64,000 bases of DNA from Macrostomum lignano (taxonomy: Eukaryota). Made by a program: the position numbers and the translations under genes. The notes under the pieces were generated by a model. That model searched no databases. It saw only the letters and a list, made by a program, of their open reading frames with translations, and was not told the origin of the DNA. The DNA lies in contig NIVC01001504.1 of NCBI GenBank assembly GCA_002269645.1, positions 62,001 through 126,000 of the forward strand, written 5' to 3'. Shown here piece by piece: positions 28,101 to 55,336 of the stretch (position 1 is its first letter; each line of letters opens with the position of its first letter).

Positions 28101-30870
28101 TTCACTCCAGATTTTTATACCCAGGAGTCCGTGAGGCAGTAGTGAAAGTGAAGGGGTTTTCACTCCAGATGTTTATACCCAAGAGTCCGTGAGGCAGTAG
28201 TGAAAGTGAAGGGGTTTCCACTCCAGAAGTTTATACCCAAGAGTCCGTGAGGCATCAGCAGCTCACCTTGATCATGCGGGACAGGTCCCCGGCGTCGGCC
28301 AGCTCCAGCACAATGTTCAGCTCATTGTTCTCAATAAATGAGGCCAGGTAGCGAATGACGTTCGGGTGGTCCAGTTGCTGCGGTGTGCCGGGCGAGCATA
28401 AATTATTCATGAGCAAAACCGGTGGGTCAATAATTCATCTGAGGACTTTTCTTCACACAGCGCCTGCATAACCCCCTATCCCATGCCACCTGAGCCTGAG
28501 GCTTGGGGGATTAAAAGGCCGGGGCTTCGGCCCTCCATTTGTACCCACCTTGAGCAAGTCGATCTCCTTGATGCAGTCCTGCCGCGCCTTGGCGTCCATC
28601 ATCTCGAAGATCTGCGGGTTGTGGCGGGCGGGCGAGCTCTGCGTTTTGCCTGTTTGATCTCTGCTGGGCCGTGCTCAAATCTCTCTCTTGAGTTGAGAAA
28701 GTTGAGCACTTTGTAAAGTCAATCAAGAATTAGGCAAAAAATCAGCCGAGTTGTGAGTTGCAATCAGGCAAAAGTGCAAATATGTTAGTTTGCCAGGCGC
28801 TTGGCAAATTAAGACTATTTGACGGCCTGCATGGGATTCTGAAAGCTGCCTTTAGGCCGATGTGGGAAGTGAGGGTCAAGCCGGAGCTAGAGATCAGATC
28901 CCAATATGGGAAGTGAGGGTCAAGCCGGAGCTAGAGATCAGATCCCAATATGGGAAGTGAGGGTCAAGCCGGAGCTAGAGATCAGATCCCAATATGGGAA
29001 GTGAGGGTCAAGCCGGAGCTAGAGATCAGATCCCAATATGGGAAATGAGGGTCAAGCCGGAGCTAGAGATCAGATCCCAATATGGGAAGTGAGGGTCAAG
29101 CCGGAGCTAGAGATCAGATCCCAATATGGGAAGTGAGGGTCAAGCTGGAGCTAGAGATCAGATCCCAATATGGGAAGTGAGGGTCAAGCCGGAGCTAGAG
29201 ATCAGATCCCAATATGGGAAGTGAGGGTCAAGCCGGAGCTAGAGATCAGATCCCAATATGGGAAGTGAGGGTCAAGCCGGAGCTAGAGATCAGATCCCAA
29301 TATGGGAAGTGAGGGTCAAGCCGGAGCTAGAGATCAGATCCCAATATGGGAAGTGAGGGTCAAGCCGGAGCTAGAGATCAGATCCCAATATGGGAAGTGA
29401 GGGTCAAGCCGGAGCTAGAGATCAGATCCCAATATGGGAAGTGAGGGTCAAGCCGGAGCTAGAGATCAGATCCCAATATGGGAAGTGAGGGTCAAGCCGG
29501 AGCTAGAGATCAGATCCCAATATGGGAAGTGAGGGTCAAGCCGGAGCTAGAGATCAGATCCCAATATGGGAAGTGAGGGTCAAGCCGGAGCTAGAGATCA
29601 GATCCCAATATGGGAAGTGAGGGTCAAGCCGGAGCTAGAGATCAGATCCCAATATGGGAAGTGAGGGTCAAGCCGGAGCTAAGAGATCAGATCCCAATAT
29701 GGGAAGTGAGGGTCAAGCCGGAGCTAGAGATCAGATCCCAATATGGGAAGTGAGGGTCAAGCTGGAGCTAGAGATCAGATCCCAATATGGGAAGTGAGGG
29801 TCAAGCCGGAGCTAGAGATCAGATCCCAATATGGGAAGTGAGGGTCAAGCCGGAGCTAAGAGATCAGATCCCAATATGGGAAGTGAGGGTCAAGCCGGAG
29901 CTAGAGATCAGATCCCAATATGGGAAGTGAGGGTCAAGCCAGAGCTAGAGATCAGATCCCAATATGGGAAGTGAGGGTCAAGCCGGAGCTAGAGATCAGA
30001 TCCCAATATGGGAAGTGAGGGTCAAGCCGGAGCTAAGAGATCAGATCCCAATATGGGAAGTGAGGGTCAAGCTGGAGAGAACAATCCAGGAATCCCAGTG
30101 CAGAATCCAGCGCAAGGGGCAGCCGAGGCCCTACCTGGACCTTCTTAAGTGCCACCACGCATTCGTCCTCGCGGCAGATGGCGCGCCAAACCTCGCTGAA
30201 CTGGCCCTTGCCAATTTTTTTATCAATTTTGAACTTGGCCAGGGAACCGTACTTATTTTCTGGGTCGTGATTCGGCACCACAAAGTCAGCGTCCATGGCT
30301 GCTGCAAGACGCGCATTGTTTGAATTTAAATTAGCAGTTTTGATTGAGTGGCGCTCAGGTTACTAATATTAAATCAGCTGATCAGCAGATCGATAATTAG
30401 CCTTGCCAAAATTTGTTATTGCAGTTATTGATCGATTTGTTAGATCGAATTTGATTAGAAAGCTGTATGGCTAAGAAATGATTAGAGAGCAGCGCCGAGT
30501 TAGCAAGTTCGAAGCGGCACACTGCATAGCAACAGGCACAATTGCCTTAGCAACGAATCGAGGCTACATTAGCTACCTGAACTTTCTTGAGCGCCACAAC
30601 CCTGCCATCAACAATGCAGTGAGCTTTGTACACAACTGAGAACTGGCCCTTCCCTATGCGCTTCTCAATCTGCAGGTTGGCCAGCGCGGAGTAGGGGTTC
30701 TCTTGGGGCAGCTGCACTGGATAGCTGAAGTCTGCATCATAGGCGGCAGCTGCCGCCGGCACATGAGGAGCAGCAAGTGCAGTATAGTACAGAGTGCCCT
30801 GCTGTGGCTGCTGCTGCTGTTGAAGAAAAGCCTCGCCAATGTTGTAGCGATAGTCCTGCTGACCATCCAT
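25160..30870 (-). CDS. NEK7: NEK6/7 serine/threonine kinase; first exon A 30870-30577 or B 30296-30135, then 28611-28549, 28377-28267, 27346-27238, 26946-26839, 26468-26260, 25273-25160 (about 335 or 291 aa)
   Basis: [14 protein letters not shown]|[21 protein letters not shown]|[36 protein letters not shown] and DLWSLGC are all present. All junctions are GT-AG and in phase. NEK6 versus NEK7 orthology is not resolvable. Confidence 0.95.
25500..26030. repeat. purine-rich (GGAGA)n-type simple repeat in the last NEK intron
   Basis: Nearly pure G/A tract on the + strand. Confidence 0.93.
26503..26820. repeat. 21-bp minisatellite (CTCCTGACCCAACAGTCCCGA) in a NEK intron
   Basis: Visible tandem periodicity filling most of intron 26469-26838. 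Confidence 0.95.
27570..28252. repeat. 59-bp minisatellite in a NEK intron, about 11 copies
   Basis: GAGTCCGTGAGG recurs at 27600, 27659, 27718 and onward. Confidence 0.95.
28863..30075. repeat. 44-bp minisatellite (ATATGGGAAGTGAGGGTCAAGCCGGAGCTAGAGATCAGATCCCA), about 27 copies, first NEK intron
   Basis: Highly homogeneous tandem periodicity. Confidence 0.96.
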
Positions 30871-30919
30871 TGTATGCTCTGTGTGCAGCCTACAGACTGT
30901 CAGTTGTCTAGCAAATCAG

Positions 30920-30933
30920 GTTGGCATGGCAAC
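30920..30933. promoter_or_regulatory. RFX X-box-like site upstream of NEK exon A
   Basis: GTTGGCATGGCAAC, one mismatch from the palindrome GTTGCCATGGCAAC, about 50 bp upstream of the ATG. Confidence 0.45.
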
Positions 30934-31835
30934 CAATGTTACAGTGATGACCCCAGATTTCATTACTGACTTAATTATGATCTTTTTGAAGAAAAGTAGA
31001 AAAAGTAGAAGAAAAGCATTATATGTTAACAAAAGCTCCTATAATAAAGCATTCCTACTAAAAATTAATGTTTAAAACCTATAGAATTTTGCTACTAAAT
31101 CTCAAGAATTACCAGCTTATAAGTCTTAATAAACATTAGCCTATTGCTTTGCTAAAAAATTGTCACTAAACATTTGCTAAAAAAACTAAGAGCATGCTAA
31201 TTTTTCTAGATACCTGCATATTTACAAAATATCACTTATTTTAACAAAATTGTTTGACTTTATATAAAGTAATAGTTTCTATTAGACCATCTTAGAAGGA
31301 ACATGTTTCTTAAATCTTGATTTTTCCTTAACATTTCTAATTAGCTTCAATTTTATTTTATCACTTTATTGACAATTAATAAGTCAATAGAAATATATTA
31401 TTTTTTATTATTCAAGCAATATAGCTTAATTATAGTTGTTAAAAAATAAGAGTAAAATTAACATAAAATAAACTAAAAATCTGATTTCTTTAACAGTAAC
31501 AAAGATTTTCTTTGATTAATTAATATTCTATAGATCACATTATACTTATCTAAATAAATACATTAGGGTAGGAATTATTTTTGTAATGAGAACAATAACT
31601 TTGACTTAAGATAGCTTTGAGCAAAAATTAAAATTAAATTAAAATTATTCTAAAAGTATTATATTTCTTGTTAAAGGTTGCAAATACTTTTAAAACAGAA
31701 ATAAAACATTAGAAAGCAATCAAAATATGGTCACAGTCACATAACTATAACTATTTATTAGTTGAAAATTGATTGGATTACTTTATTATTGAACTTTAAA
31801 ATGAAGGTTAAAAAACAATGTTAAGAAATATGGTT

Positions 31836-31940
31836 ATCTTCAAGTTTCGTTCGTTTAATTCCAACACCCACCCCCCCACCACCCTTGAATAGAGGGCGAA
31901 AATAATTCCGGAAATAATTAAACGAACGAAACTTGAAGAT
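31836..31940. repeat. 25-bp perfect inverted repeat with a 55-bp spacer (possible tiny MITE)
   Basis: ATCTTCAAGTTTCGTTCGTTTAATT at 31836-31860 and AATTAAACGAACGAAACTTGAAGAT at 31916-31940. Confidence 0.75.
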
Positions 31941-33314
31941 TGCCAGAAATATCTTTATGTTTTTTAGGCCTAGCCTTACGCTAAAAGGCTTAGTCTAAGA
32001 TAGGCCTAGCAAAGCCTGTCTACAACAGCAATAATGCTTACTAAGCTTATAATTGTAGGGTAGGCAAGCTGCTGCTGGCAACAGTGGCAAGGGGCAAGGG
32101 CCAAGGCTTTTAGTTTGGGCAAGGGCAGGAGCATGGTACAAGCTAATTAATACATGTACAGTATCCTTATAGCACGTTAATTTTTAACATTACATTTATA
32201 ACATTAATTTTGCTCGTCTATTAACGTTATATACACAAAATTACTAAATATTTAATGATGTAGGTATGGTTAAACTGGTAATAAAAACGGCATTCTTAAG
32301 CAATCTAAATTTTTCTGCTCTAGCTTTTCTTCGAACTGTCCTGTGGCAATGGTGTAAGAAAGGGCCTGCAATTTTAGACAAGAAATTTAGATTTAGCTTG
32401 CTAATAAAAAATTTTTTCTGCTTTTTAGAAAGCGACGTCTAGTGAATTAGATTTAATACTACGTTTGTTTAAATTTTCGCTTCTTTGCTTTACGGAGTAG
32501 GCTACAGATCGATAGATGTGTTGTTGCTTTTCAGTTGGGGACCATTGTATTGTTATATACAGTGGTCCTTGCTCACTTGCTCAGTGTTATATACAGTGGT
32601 CCTTGCTCAGTCACTTGCTCAGTGTTATGTACAGTAGGTCCTTGTGACTGAGCACTTAGAAAGGCATTGCAAGAATTTGTCAACTATGTAAAACGGATTA
32701 GAGATATAGATGCATTATGTGGGTAGCATTTTTCCATTCAAAATTTATTACACGTCCAAGCTTAGTGAGTTGTTCATGGGGTTGGGGACCATGCACAGCT
32801 CATTGATAATTTTCTTGTCTCTTCACTTGTGATGTCTGTGTTGTGGTGGCCGGGCCTAGCTGATTGCCCTAGAATCTGGTGGTAAAGTACATGTACAAGC
32901 CCAATATGCAGATAGCCCTTAATGTTACATGTGTACGAGATATGTACATGTAAATATGATGCGCTAACTATTTTCGATCCGCACACAATTCCATTTTTGA
33001 GCTGCATAGTTACAACTGTATACATTTTCTGAAATCAATAGTCTCCTATAAGTGTCCTTCAACGTCAATTTTTCGCTTATAGTCAATCGTGTTGCAGGTC
33101 CTGTCCCACTGGGAATTTAAATGTTCTATCAAGGACCAATAGCAGTATATAATTATGGTTAATAGTATGAAGCAAGAACTGTTTCTTTGATAAGTGCAGG
33201 CCGTTTAATTACTACATCGATAAAACACTGCCTCTTTGGGAGGCTAAACTACAATTTGGATTTTTTTAGTTCAGAGCAGCTTGACTGTCTCATTTCGGTG
33301 TGCGATTATAGGCA

Positions 33315-48457
<15,143 letters not shown>

Positions 48458-48751
48458 CGCGCACCGCCAGCGAGCTGCCCGAATGCCTCACCTTCTGCAC
48501 GCCCCGCCTGCTTTAAGCGAGTCCCCCAGCCTCCTCCCCATCTCCGCTTCCTGGCCTCCGCGTCACTGGCCGCTACTCCAGAGAGCCAATGCGCGGCTGG
48601 GGCCACTGCTAGTCCAGCTTCGCTGCAAAATTCAGCCTTCAGCTGGGAGCGTCTTGCGTTATGCCTCCATCTGCATGCTTGCGACATCTTTCTGATATCC
48701 GATGCTGATGTCCGACAACACTGGCTGATGTATGATGTGCCGCATTCCTGT

Positions 48752-49755
48752 GTGGCATGGAAGCTGTGTCAAATGACACCGGTCCTCCTCCTGTGGCATG
48801 GAAGCTGTGCCAAATGACACCGGTCCTCCTGTGTGGCATGGAAGCTGTGCCAAATGACACCGGTCCTCCTGTGTGACATGGAAGCTGTGTCAAATGACAC
48901 CGGTCCTCCTGTGGCATGGAAGCTGTGTCAAATGACACCGGTCCTCCTGTGGCATGGAAGCTGTGTCAAATGACACCGGTCCTCCTGTGGCATGGAAGCT
49001 GTGTCAAATGACACCGGTCCTCCTGTGGCATGGAAGCTGTGCCAAATGACACCGGTCCTCCTGTGGCATGGAAGCTGTGTCAAATGACACCGGTCCTCCT
49101 GTGGCATGGAAGCTGTGTCAAATGACACCGGTCCTCCTGTGGCATGGAAGCTGTGTCAAATGACACCGGTCCTCCTGTGGCATGGAAGCTGTGTCAAATG
49201 ACACCGGTCCTCCTGTGGCATGGAAGCTGTGCCAAATGACACCGGTCCTCCTGTGGCATGGAAGCTGTGTCAAATGACACCGGTCCTCCTGTGGCATGGA
49301 AGCTGTGTCAAATGACACCGGTCCTCCTGTGGCATGGAAGCTGTGTCAAATGACACCGGTCCTCCTGTGGCATGGAAGCTGTGCCAAATGACACCGGTCC
49401 TCCTGTGGCATGGAAGCTGTGCCAAATGACACCGGTCCTCCTGTGGCATGGAAGCTGTGCCAAATGACACCGGTCCTCCTGTGGCATGGAAGCTGTGCCA
49501 AATGACACCGGTCCTCCTGTGGCATGGAAGCTGTGTCAAATGACACCGGTCCTCCTGTGGCATGGAAGCTGTGCCAAATGACACCGGTCCTCCTGTGGCA
49601 TGGAAGCTGTGCCAAATGACACCGGTCCTCCTGTGGCATGGAAGCTGTGCCAAATGACACCGGTCCTCCTGTGGCATGGAAGCTGTGCCAAATGACACCG
49701 GTCCTCCTGTGGCATGAAAGCTGTGCCAAATGACACCGGTCCTCCTGTGTGGCAT
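48752..49755. repeat. 38-bp minisatellite (GGCATGGAAGCTGTGTCAAATGACACCGGTCCTCCTGT), about 26 copies, upstream of the receptor ATG
   Basis: Visible tandem periodicity. Confidence 0.96.
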
Positions 49756-50056
49756 GGATCTCGTCCTAAAAGTTCGCTGTGGCAAAACCCATTTGATGCA
49801 GTGCATTCGACAAAAAAGATCCGTTTGTGAAACCCTGAGAAAACTGTTTATTTTATGTGCAACTTCAGATGAATGTTCTGCCTATGAGAATTCCCAGTTC
49901 AATTTCCCAGCTACAAGTTGAAATTCTTCTTTGATTTCTTTGATGCACCTCTGGCACGCAAAGTAGACCATAACACAAAATCCACTTTTACTGTCTGCCC
50001 TCTTTCTGGGCTTCCGCTTCCTGAAGCCGGTCGCCAACTCGATAAAAATCCGGGCT

Positions 50057-50160
50057 GGGGCAGAGCAGCTCAGCGGCAGACATGTCTAACTCTCGCTCCG
50101 CAGATCCCTGGTTCGATTCCGTGCGCAAACACATTTATTAGGGGCTTGTTCACTAGCAAT
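50057..50160 (+). mobile_element. tRNA-derived SINE head
   Basis: GGGGCAGAGCAGCTCAGCGG, B box GGTTCGATTCC at 50110-50120 and ATTAGGGGCTTGT; homologous to the copy at 3702. Confidence 0.6.
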
Positions 50161-50177
50161 TGGTCTGGTGGACTGTC

Positions 50178-50458
50178 GTGCTGGCGCCCCCGGTGCTGGC
50201 GCCCCCGGTGCTGGCGCCCCTGGTGCTGGCGCCCCTGGTGCTGGCGCCCCTGGTTCTGGCGCCCCTGGTTCTGGCGCCCCTGGTGCTGGCGCCCCTTGTG
50301 CTGGCGCCCCTTGTGCTGGCGCCCCTGGTGCTGGCGCCCCTGGTTCTGGCGCCCCTGGTTCTGGCGCCCCTGGTGCTGGCGCCCCTGGTGCTGGCGCCCC
50401 TGGTTCTGGCGCCCCTGGTGCTGGCGCCCCTGGTGCTGGCGCCCCTGGTGCTGGCGCC
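50178..50458. repeat. 15-bp minisatellite (GGTGCTGGCGCCCCT), about 19 copies
   Basis: Visible tandem periodicity immediately after the SINE head. Confidence 0.95.
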
Positions 50459-50792
50459 ACTCATGCACAGAAATCGGTCAGATACTCGAATTCGTGCGTA
50501 ACTTTCAAACAAAGCTGATTTTGTCTCCGAAGTAACTACTAGAAGTAGCGCGTGCGCAAAAATATCTGTTATTCGTAAAATTTGACATTGTAAAAGCTTC
50601 CACGCAAAAATTCTGAGACTCTTGGTCCAGTTTAAAGAGCTCCCAGACTGAGGCCTGGTACCAAACTCAATTTTATTGTCGGCCGTAAGCATATCAACCG
50701 AGGCAGGATTAAGGGGACTCATTTATGATCACGGGAATCATTATTTTGAACGTAAAAAAACTGTTTTACAACAAAAACCAAGGGCGCTGTGT

Positions 50793-50854
<62 letters not shown>

Positions 50855-50859
50855 ACAGG
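50793..50859. repeat. (GCAG)n microsatellite
   Basis: Directly visible. Confidence 0.92.
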
Positions 50860-51481
50860 CACCCCTCGATCGCTTGCTTTTAGTGCATATTGAAAACGAA
50901 AAATTCTGCTTCGTCTGCTCAATTGAAATTCGCAGATCGTGAAAAAATGGAATATAAAAAAAGAGCGCCAATGTTTAACACTGAAGCCGGTATATTTTTA
51001 CATAGAATTTGTTTTAAAAGGAAGCACAAACACCAAAGAAATTTCCCATTCCGTTAAAGCCTATCGATAATTCTGGAAGCAAATGATTCTGAGAGTTTTC
51101 TGAACAGGTAAAGCAGAACTCTGTAAAAATCAAGGTTTAGATTTTCTATTTCTATTCTAGATTCATCCATGCCGATCACGTGAAAAAAATTAAGCTCAAA
51201 ACGCACCTAGCAGTTCGAAGATGATCAAGCAAAGACAGAGAACATCCAATATCCTTCTCAAGCCAGCATTTGACACACGCGGAAATGCTTTCGATGGATT
51301 TCGAGCTGTCCATACTAATCTGATACCGACACCTGAGCGGTCTACTCTACTCGGGCGCTACCGCAGGAAATGAGGTGGGGATGCAAAATCTAGAAGAGAT
51401 CTGTAAAGGGCAGGTGAGAATAAAGACAGTCACAGGTTTTGAAATGGATGCGATGCGTCGGTCTGGGTTCGCGGCTCGAGC

Positions 51482-52873
51482 TCAGGGCGGCTCGGCGGCG
51501 CCGCCGCTTTCCGGCGTCTCCTCGAAGTCGCGCTCCTTGCTGGCCGCGTAGTCGATGAGCTCGGCGAGCTGGCGGCTGGTCTGCAGGCCGTACCAGAAGA
51601 TTGTCCAGTTCTGGTCGGCCTTCCAGCTGCCCTGGGACACGGTGTTGTACCAGGCGATGGCCGCCCTGTTGGTGACATTCGAGCGCCAGAACAGCTGCGG
51701 GTAGTCCTTGACGATCTGGTTCCACAGCATCACGGAGATGCCCGTGCCCTGGGCGATTTCGCTCACCGCAATCTTGTCCAGGTAGGGGACGCTCACGTTC
51801 GGCAGGCGCAGGATCACCGCGGCTGCGTTGTAGTTCTCGCTGACGTACACCGACTCCACATGGCCCTGCACTCTCTCGAAGTAGTTGCTGCGCAGCTTCT
51901 TCTGGAAGGACTCGTTGATCAGCGTCACCATGCTGGGCTTCTTCACGCTGTCCAGCGAGCTGTAGCGGAAGATCTTCTCAATCTGCCTGATCATCGTTCC
52001 AGATCCGTGGTGGGTGAACAGCTCCTCGATCACCGTGTCGGCACTGGTGAGGATCACGGAGCTCTCGCAGGACAGGTGCTTGATAAGCTCAGTGGATCGC
52101 AACACCTTCGCCTGGTCCTCGCTGCTCAGGTGGCTATTCGAGCTGACCAACTCGTCCAAGTCTGTCGGCAGGTAGACGTCGCTAATTACTTTCCCATTGA
52201 CGTCTTTCAGGCCGGCTTTCTGGCTCAGCAACATCACTTTGAGTGGCCTGAGTGTTGAGCACAAGTGCACCATGGTCTTCTGGGCGCTGGTGTCTGTGGG
52301 GCCGAGCATCGGGCAGCAGACGATGGGCAACGTGGAGTGGCTGCTGGACAGCAGCTCGGCGGGGTTGTGCTCGTTGCCAAGGATCAGTCTTGACGGCACG
52401 CCGCGCTTGTACAGCAGGGATTGCAGAAGCTGCACATTCTGGAAGTCGCGGTCGTTGGCCAGCTGGCACACCAGCACGGATGTCAGGTTGTTCTCGAACA
52501 AGAAGGTGGTGGACCACGTCAGCTTGCGCACACTGCTGGCGTCGCTCAGAACCTCTGGCGAGACCTGCATGACTGAGAAGGCTCGGCGCGGCGACTTCGC
52601 CGAGAAGATTTTGAAGTACTTAAACCACAGCCGGGCCTCCTTCGGCTTCCTGGTGATGTTTTCCACGAACTTGCGCAGCCCCATCGCCCGGGTGATCTCC
52701 TCCTGCGGCTTCGGCTCGGTCGTCATCGGGTCCTGCAGCCTCACCTGGCGGAACTGCGGCTGGCTGGACAGGGAGGGGTGGCCGCCGTGCACAAAGCCAG
52801 ACGCGGCAACGGTTCGCTGCACCAGCAGCGGCAGCCGCCTGCAGAGCCGCAGCGAGCAGGACGGGCAGGACAT
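51482..52873 (-). CDS. NAGS: N-acetylglutamate synthase, mitochondrial type (AAK plus NAT domains), intronless, 463 aa
   Basis: Arg-rich N-terminal transit-like peptide; EARLWF; IEELFTHHGSGTMIR; NAT domain PYLDKIAV..QGTG..LW..LFWRSNVTN..WY..GSW..WTIFWYG. Confidence 0.88.
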   Translation of the reverse strand: MSCPSCSLRLCRRLPLLVQRTVAASGFVHGGHPSLSSQPQFRQVRLQDPMTTEPKPQEEITRAMGLRKFVENITRKPKEARLWFKYFKIFSAKSPRRAFSVMQVSPEVLSDASSVRKLTWSTTFLFENNLTSVLVCQLANDRDFQNVQLLQSLLYKRGVPSRLILGNEHNPAELLSSSHSTLPIVCCPMLGPTDTSAQKTMVHLCSTLRPLKVMLLSQKAGLKDVNGKVISDVYLPTDLDELVSSNSHLSSEDQAKVLRSTELIKHLSCESSVILTSADTVIEELFTHHGSGTMIRQIEKIFRYSSLDSVKKPSMVTLINESFQKKLRSNYFERVQGHVESVYVSENYNAAAVILRLPNVSVPYLDKIAVSEIAQGTGISVMLWNQIVKDYPQLFWRSNVTNRAAIAWYNTVSQGSWKADQNWTIFWYGLQTSRQLAELIDYAASKERDFEETPESGGAAEPP

Positions 52874-55336
52874 GCTTGACTGTCGGAGGACTCGGCGAAC
52901 GCTCGCATGAGAACGAAGTCTGCTGGGCTCTGCTGTCCCGTACCGCTAGCCCCGGCTTATTACCGCTTGGAGCGGAGGAGTTCGCTGGAGGGGCGGCAGT
53001 CGGACAAAAACGGGTTTGAGTGGCTGCCGGAGCGGCTCTCGCACGAGGCGCTCGCGTGATCGCCAACGTGCCAATTGGGCGGCCGCGAGCGCTGGGGCCG
53101 GAGGTGTGTGCGGGCTGGCTGTGGCCGCAGCCCCCTGATTTATTGATCTCGTCAGGGCAGCGCGCAGCGCCTCTCTGTCCGCCGCGCCAGTCGGCTCCCT
53201 TGGCTCAACGTGCAGTCGCTCCTCCCTCCCCTGCCCGATCCCGTATCGATCGGCTGCATGCGAAGCACGATAGAGAGCGCATTTTTCCTGCTAATGAAAC
53301 GGAAGCGGAGTTGCAGGCGCAACTGGGGGGGGGGGCACTCGTTCGTGTCGGACAAAAAAACTTTAGCAGTACGAGCTGCAGTGCGGCTCACTGCAGGGCT
53401 TGGAGTGCTTTTGCTCTCGTCTCAAAATAGCTCTTGCTGGTAACAGAAAATGATAAATTGAAAAATACAAGCTCAAAACATTCAGCAGGTTAAGGTCATC
53501 TTCACTCAGCCGAGCTCAAATGAACTCGTGCCCCCCCACCCCCCCCCAAGACGCAGCCCCAATGAGAAGTCCTGGCTACGCTGATGGTCAGATATCACAA
53601 CCAGTCATCATCATGCCATCATGGACGGTTCTGTTTTTCAAGCTCATCCACATTTTTCCTTGAAAATGCTTTCGTACAACAATTGAAGACTTTTTACTTA
53701 ACACTACGTAACTTTTGATGCATAAGGAGTTCTTTACACGTGAAGCCTAAATCATCTTAGCAGACAATTGCACCAATGACATGAAATGATAGTACTTGGT
53801 CAAACTATGTATGCATAGAGGCAGTTCTGGGAATAGAACCCACAGCTGAGACAGCTTTTGAAGACTCTCAAGGCCAGTGCACGGTTTGCTGCAATGTCAG
53901 ACCCACTCTTGTTTTGCTATTTGCTACCCCTGCACAGAAAGCTCATTTGCAAAGCCTTGCGACTGGGGTGACAGCTGAACAGCTGAACCAGAATCGGTAG
54001 GAATTTGTCAGAAAACCAGACTATATAGAGTTATGCAAGATAATCGACTGCGAGAGAATAGCTTGAGAGCTTAACGCATTTACTGTTACGGACGGAAGGG
54101 CGGGGCAGGCATGCATAGGTGCATGCAGACAGACGGACAGGCTACCGACGTTCCGCCAAGTAGGCAACAAACCGCACAGTTAACTTCAGTAGGCTTGTTT
54201 AGCAGCGCAAAATTTATAAATGGCGCATCAATGCGCAAGGCTAAACCACAGATACTAAAATAACTATAGTATCCAGTTATTCTATAGTACGAGCGTATCT
54301 GTGGGCTAAACAAATCCAATGCCGAATTGAGGAGTTAGCTTAAGATAGTCCCGCAAAATCTTACTGTTTTCGTCAATATACGCTTGTATAATGTTACATG
54401 TACATGTAAACAGCTGTAGAGAGGTACTTTTAGCAACCTAACAACCTTCCATGTACAACTTAATAAAATGCATTAACAAGAGCCTTAGGAAATTAACAAT
54501 AGCGACTGTACAAGGTCAAAACCGATATGTAGTTTATCAAAAAATTCTTTTCTTTCTTTCTTTGCTGCCTCCCCAACGAGGGCGCAGATTTCTAGTCGTG
54601 TCTAATGACCTAAAATGGCTTGAAATTTTGAGCTATGTTCGAAAAAATATTTTAAAGCTCTTTTTGAAAAACATTAAGGGTGATTGGACTCTGTCGGTAT
54701 GGATGCGATTTATACGTAAAATCGAGTAGAAGAAGCGAAAGATAAAATTCTCAAATTGTCGATTTAAATCACCAACAGAACATGTGATGAAAACACTGCA
54801 AGCGACAATTAACATTCACAGTACTGTATTTATCTGAAATGCGCAAGCTTTACTATGTGTACAAGCTATAGAACATGTAATAATAATTTGCTATCGTTGT
54901 AATAATTAAACAATGATCTAATAGTAACATTGCTGGTAGCCAAGACAAAGCAGATTACATAAGCAGATACAGGAAGTGGGTTAGGCGATTAACAATAATA
55001 GGCGAACTCACAATTTGCCTGTATATTTTTCCATGTACACAGCTAATTGGCCGAAATATCTGATAAATTAAATGGAAAATATTCTAAAGAAGCCGAAAAA
55101 GTATATAACTTAAGATAAGCATTATCGTTTGCAACATTTATTTGGTCTTTGCTGTTATAATAGAAAAACATTTTTAAGTTTATTTGTATAAACAATCAGG
55201 TTTTAACTTCTTTATTTCGAGACGTTTTATTTCCGTTGGTGTGTGTTAATGTTATATATTAAAAGAAGAAGCTCATTGTACTTTAAGCTAACTGACTGGT
55301 TGCCTCCGTTGCAGGCAGCATTTTTGCTTTATAAAA

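Noticed and set aside
28863-30075. CRISPR-like appearance of 38-59-bp arrays
   Set aside because: Units are contiguous with no unique spacers, there are no cas genes, and the context is eukaryotic.
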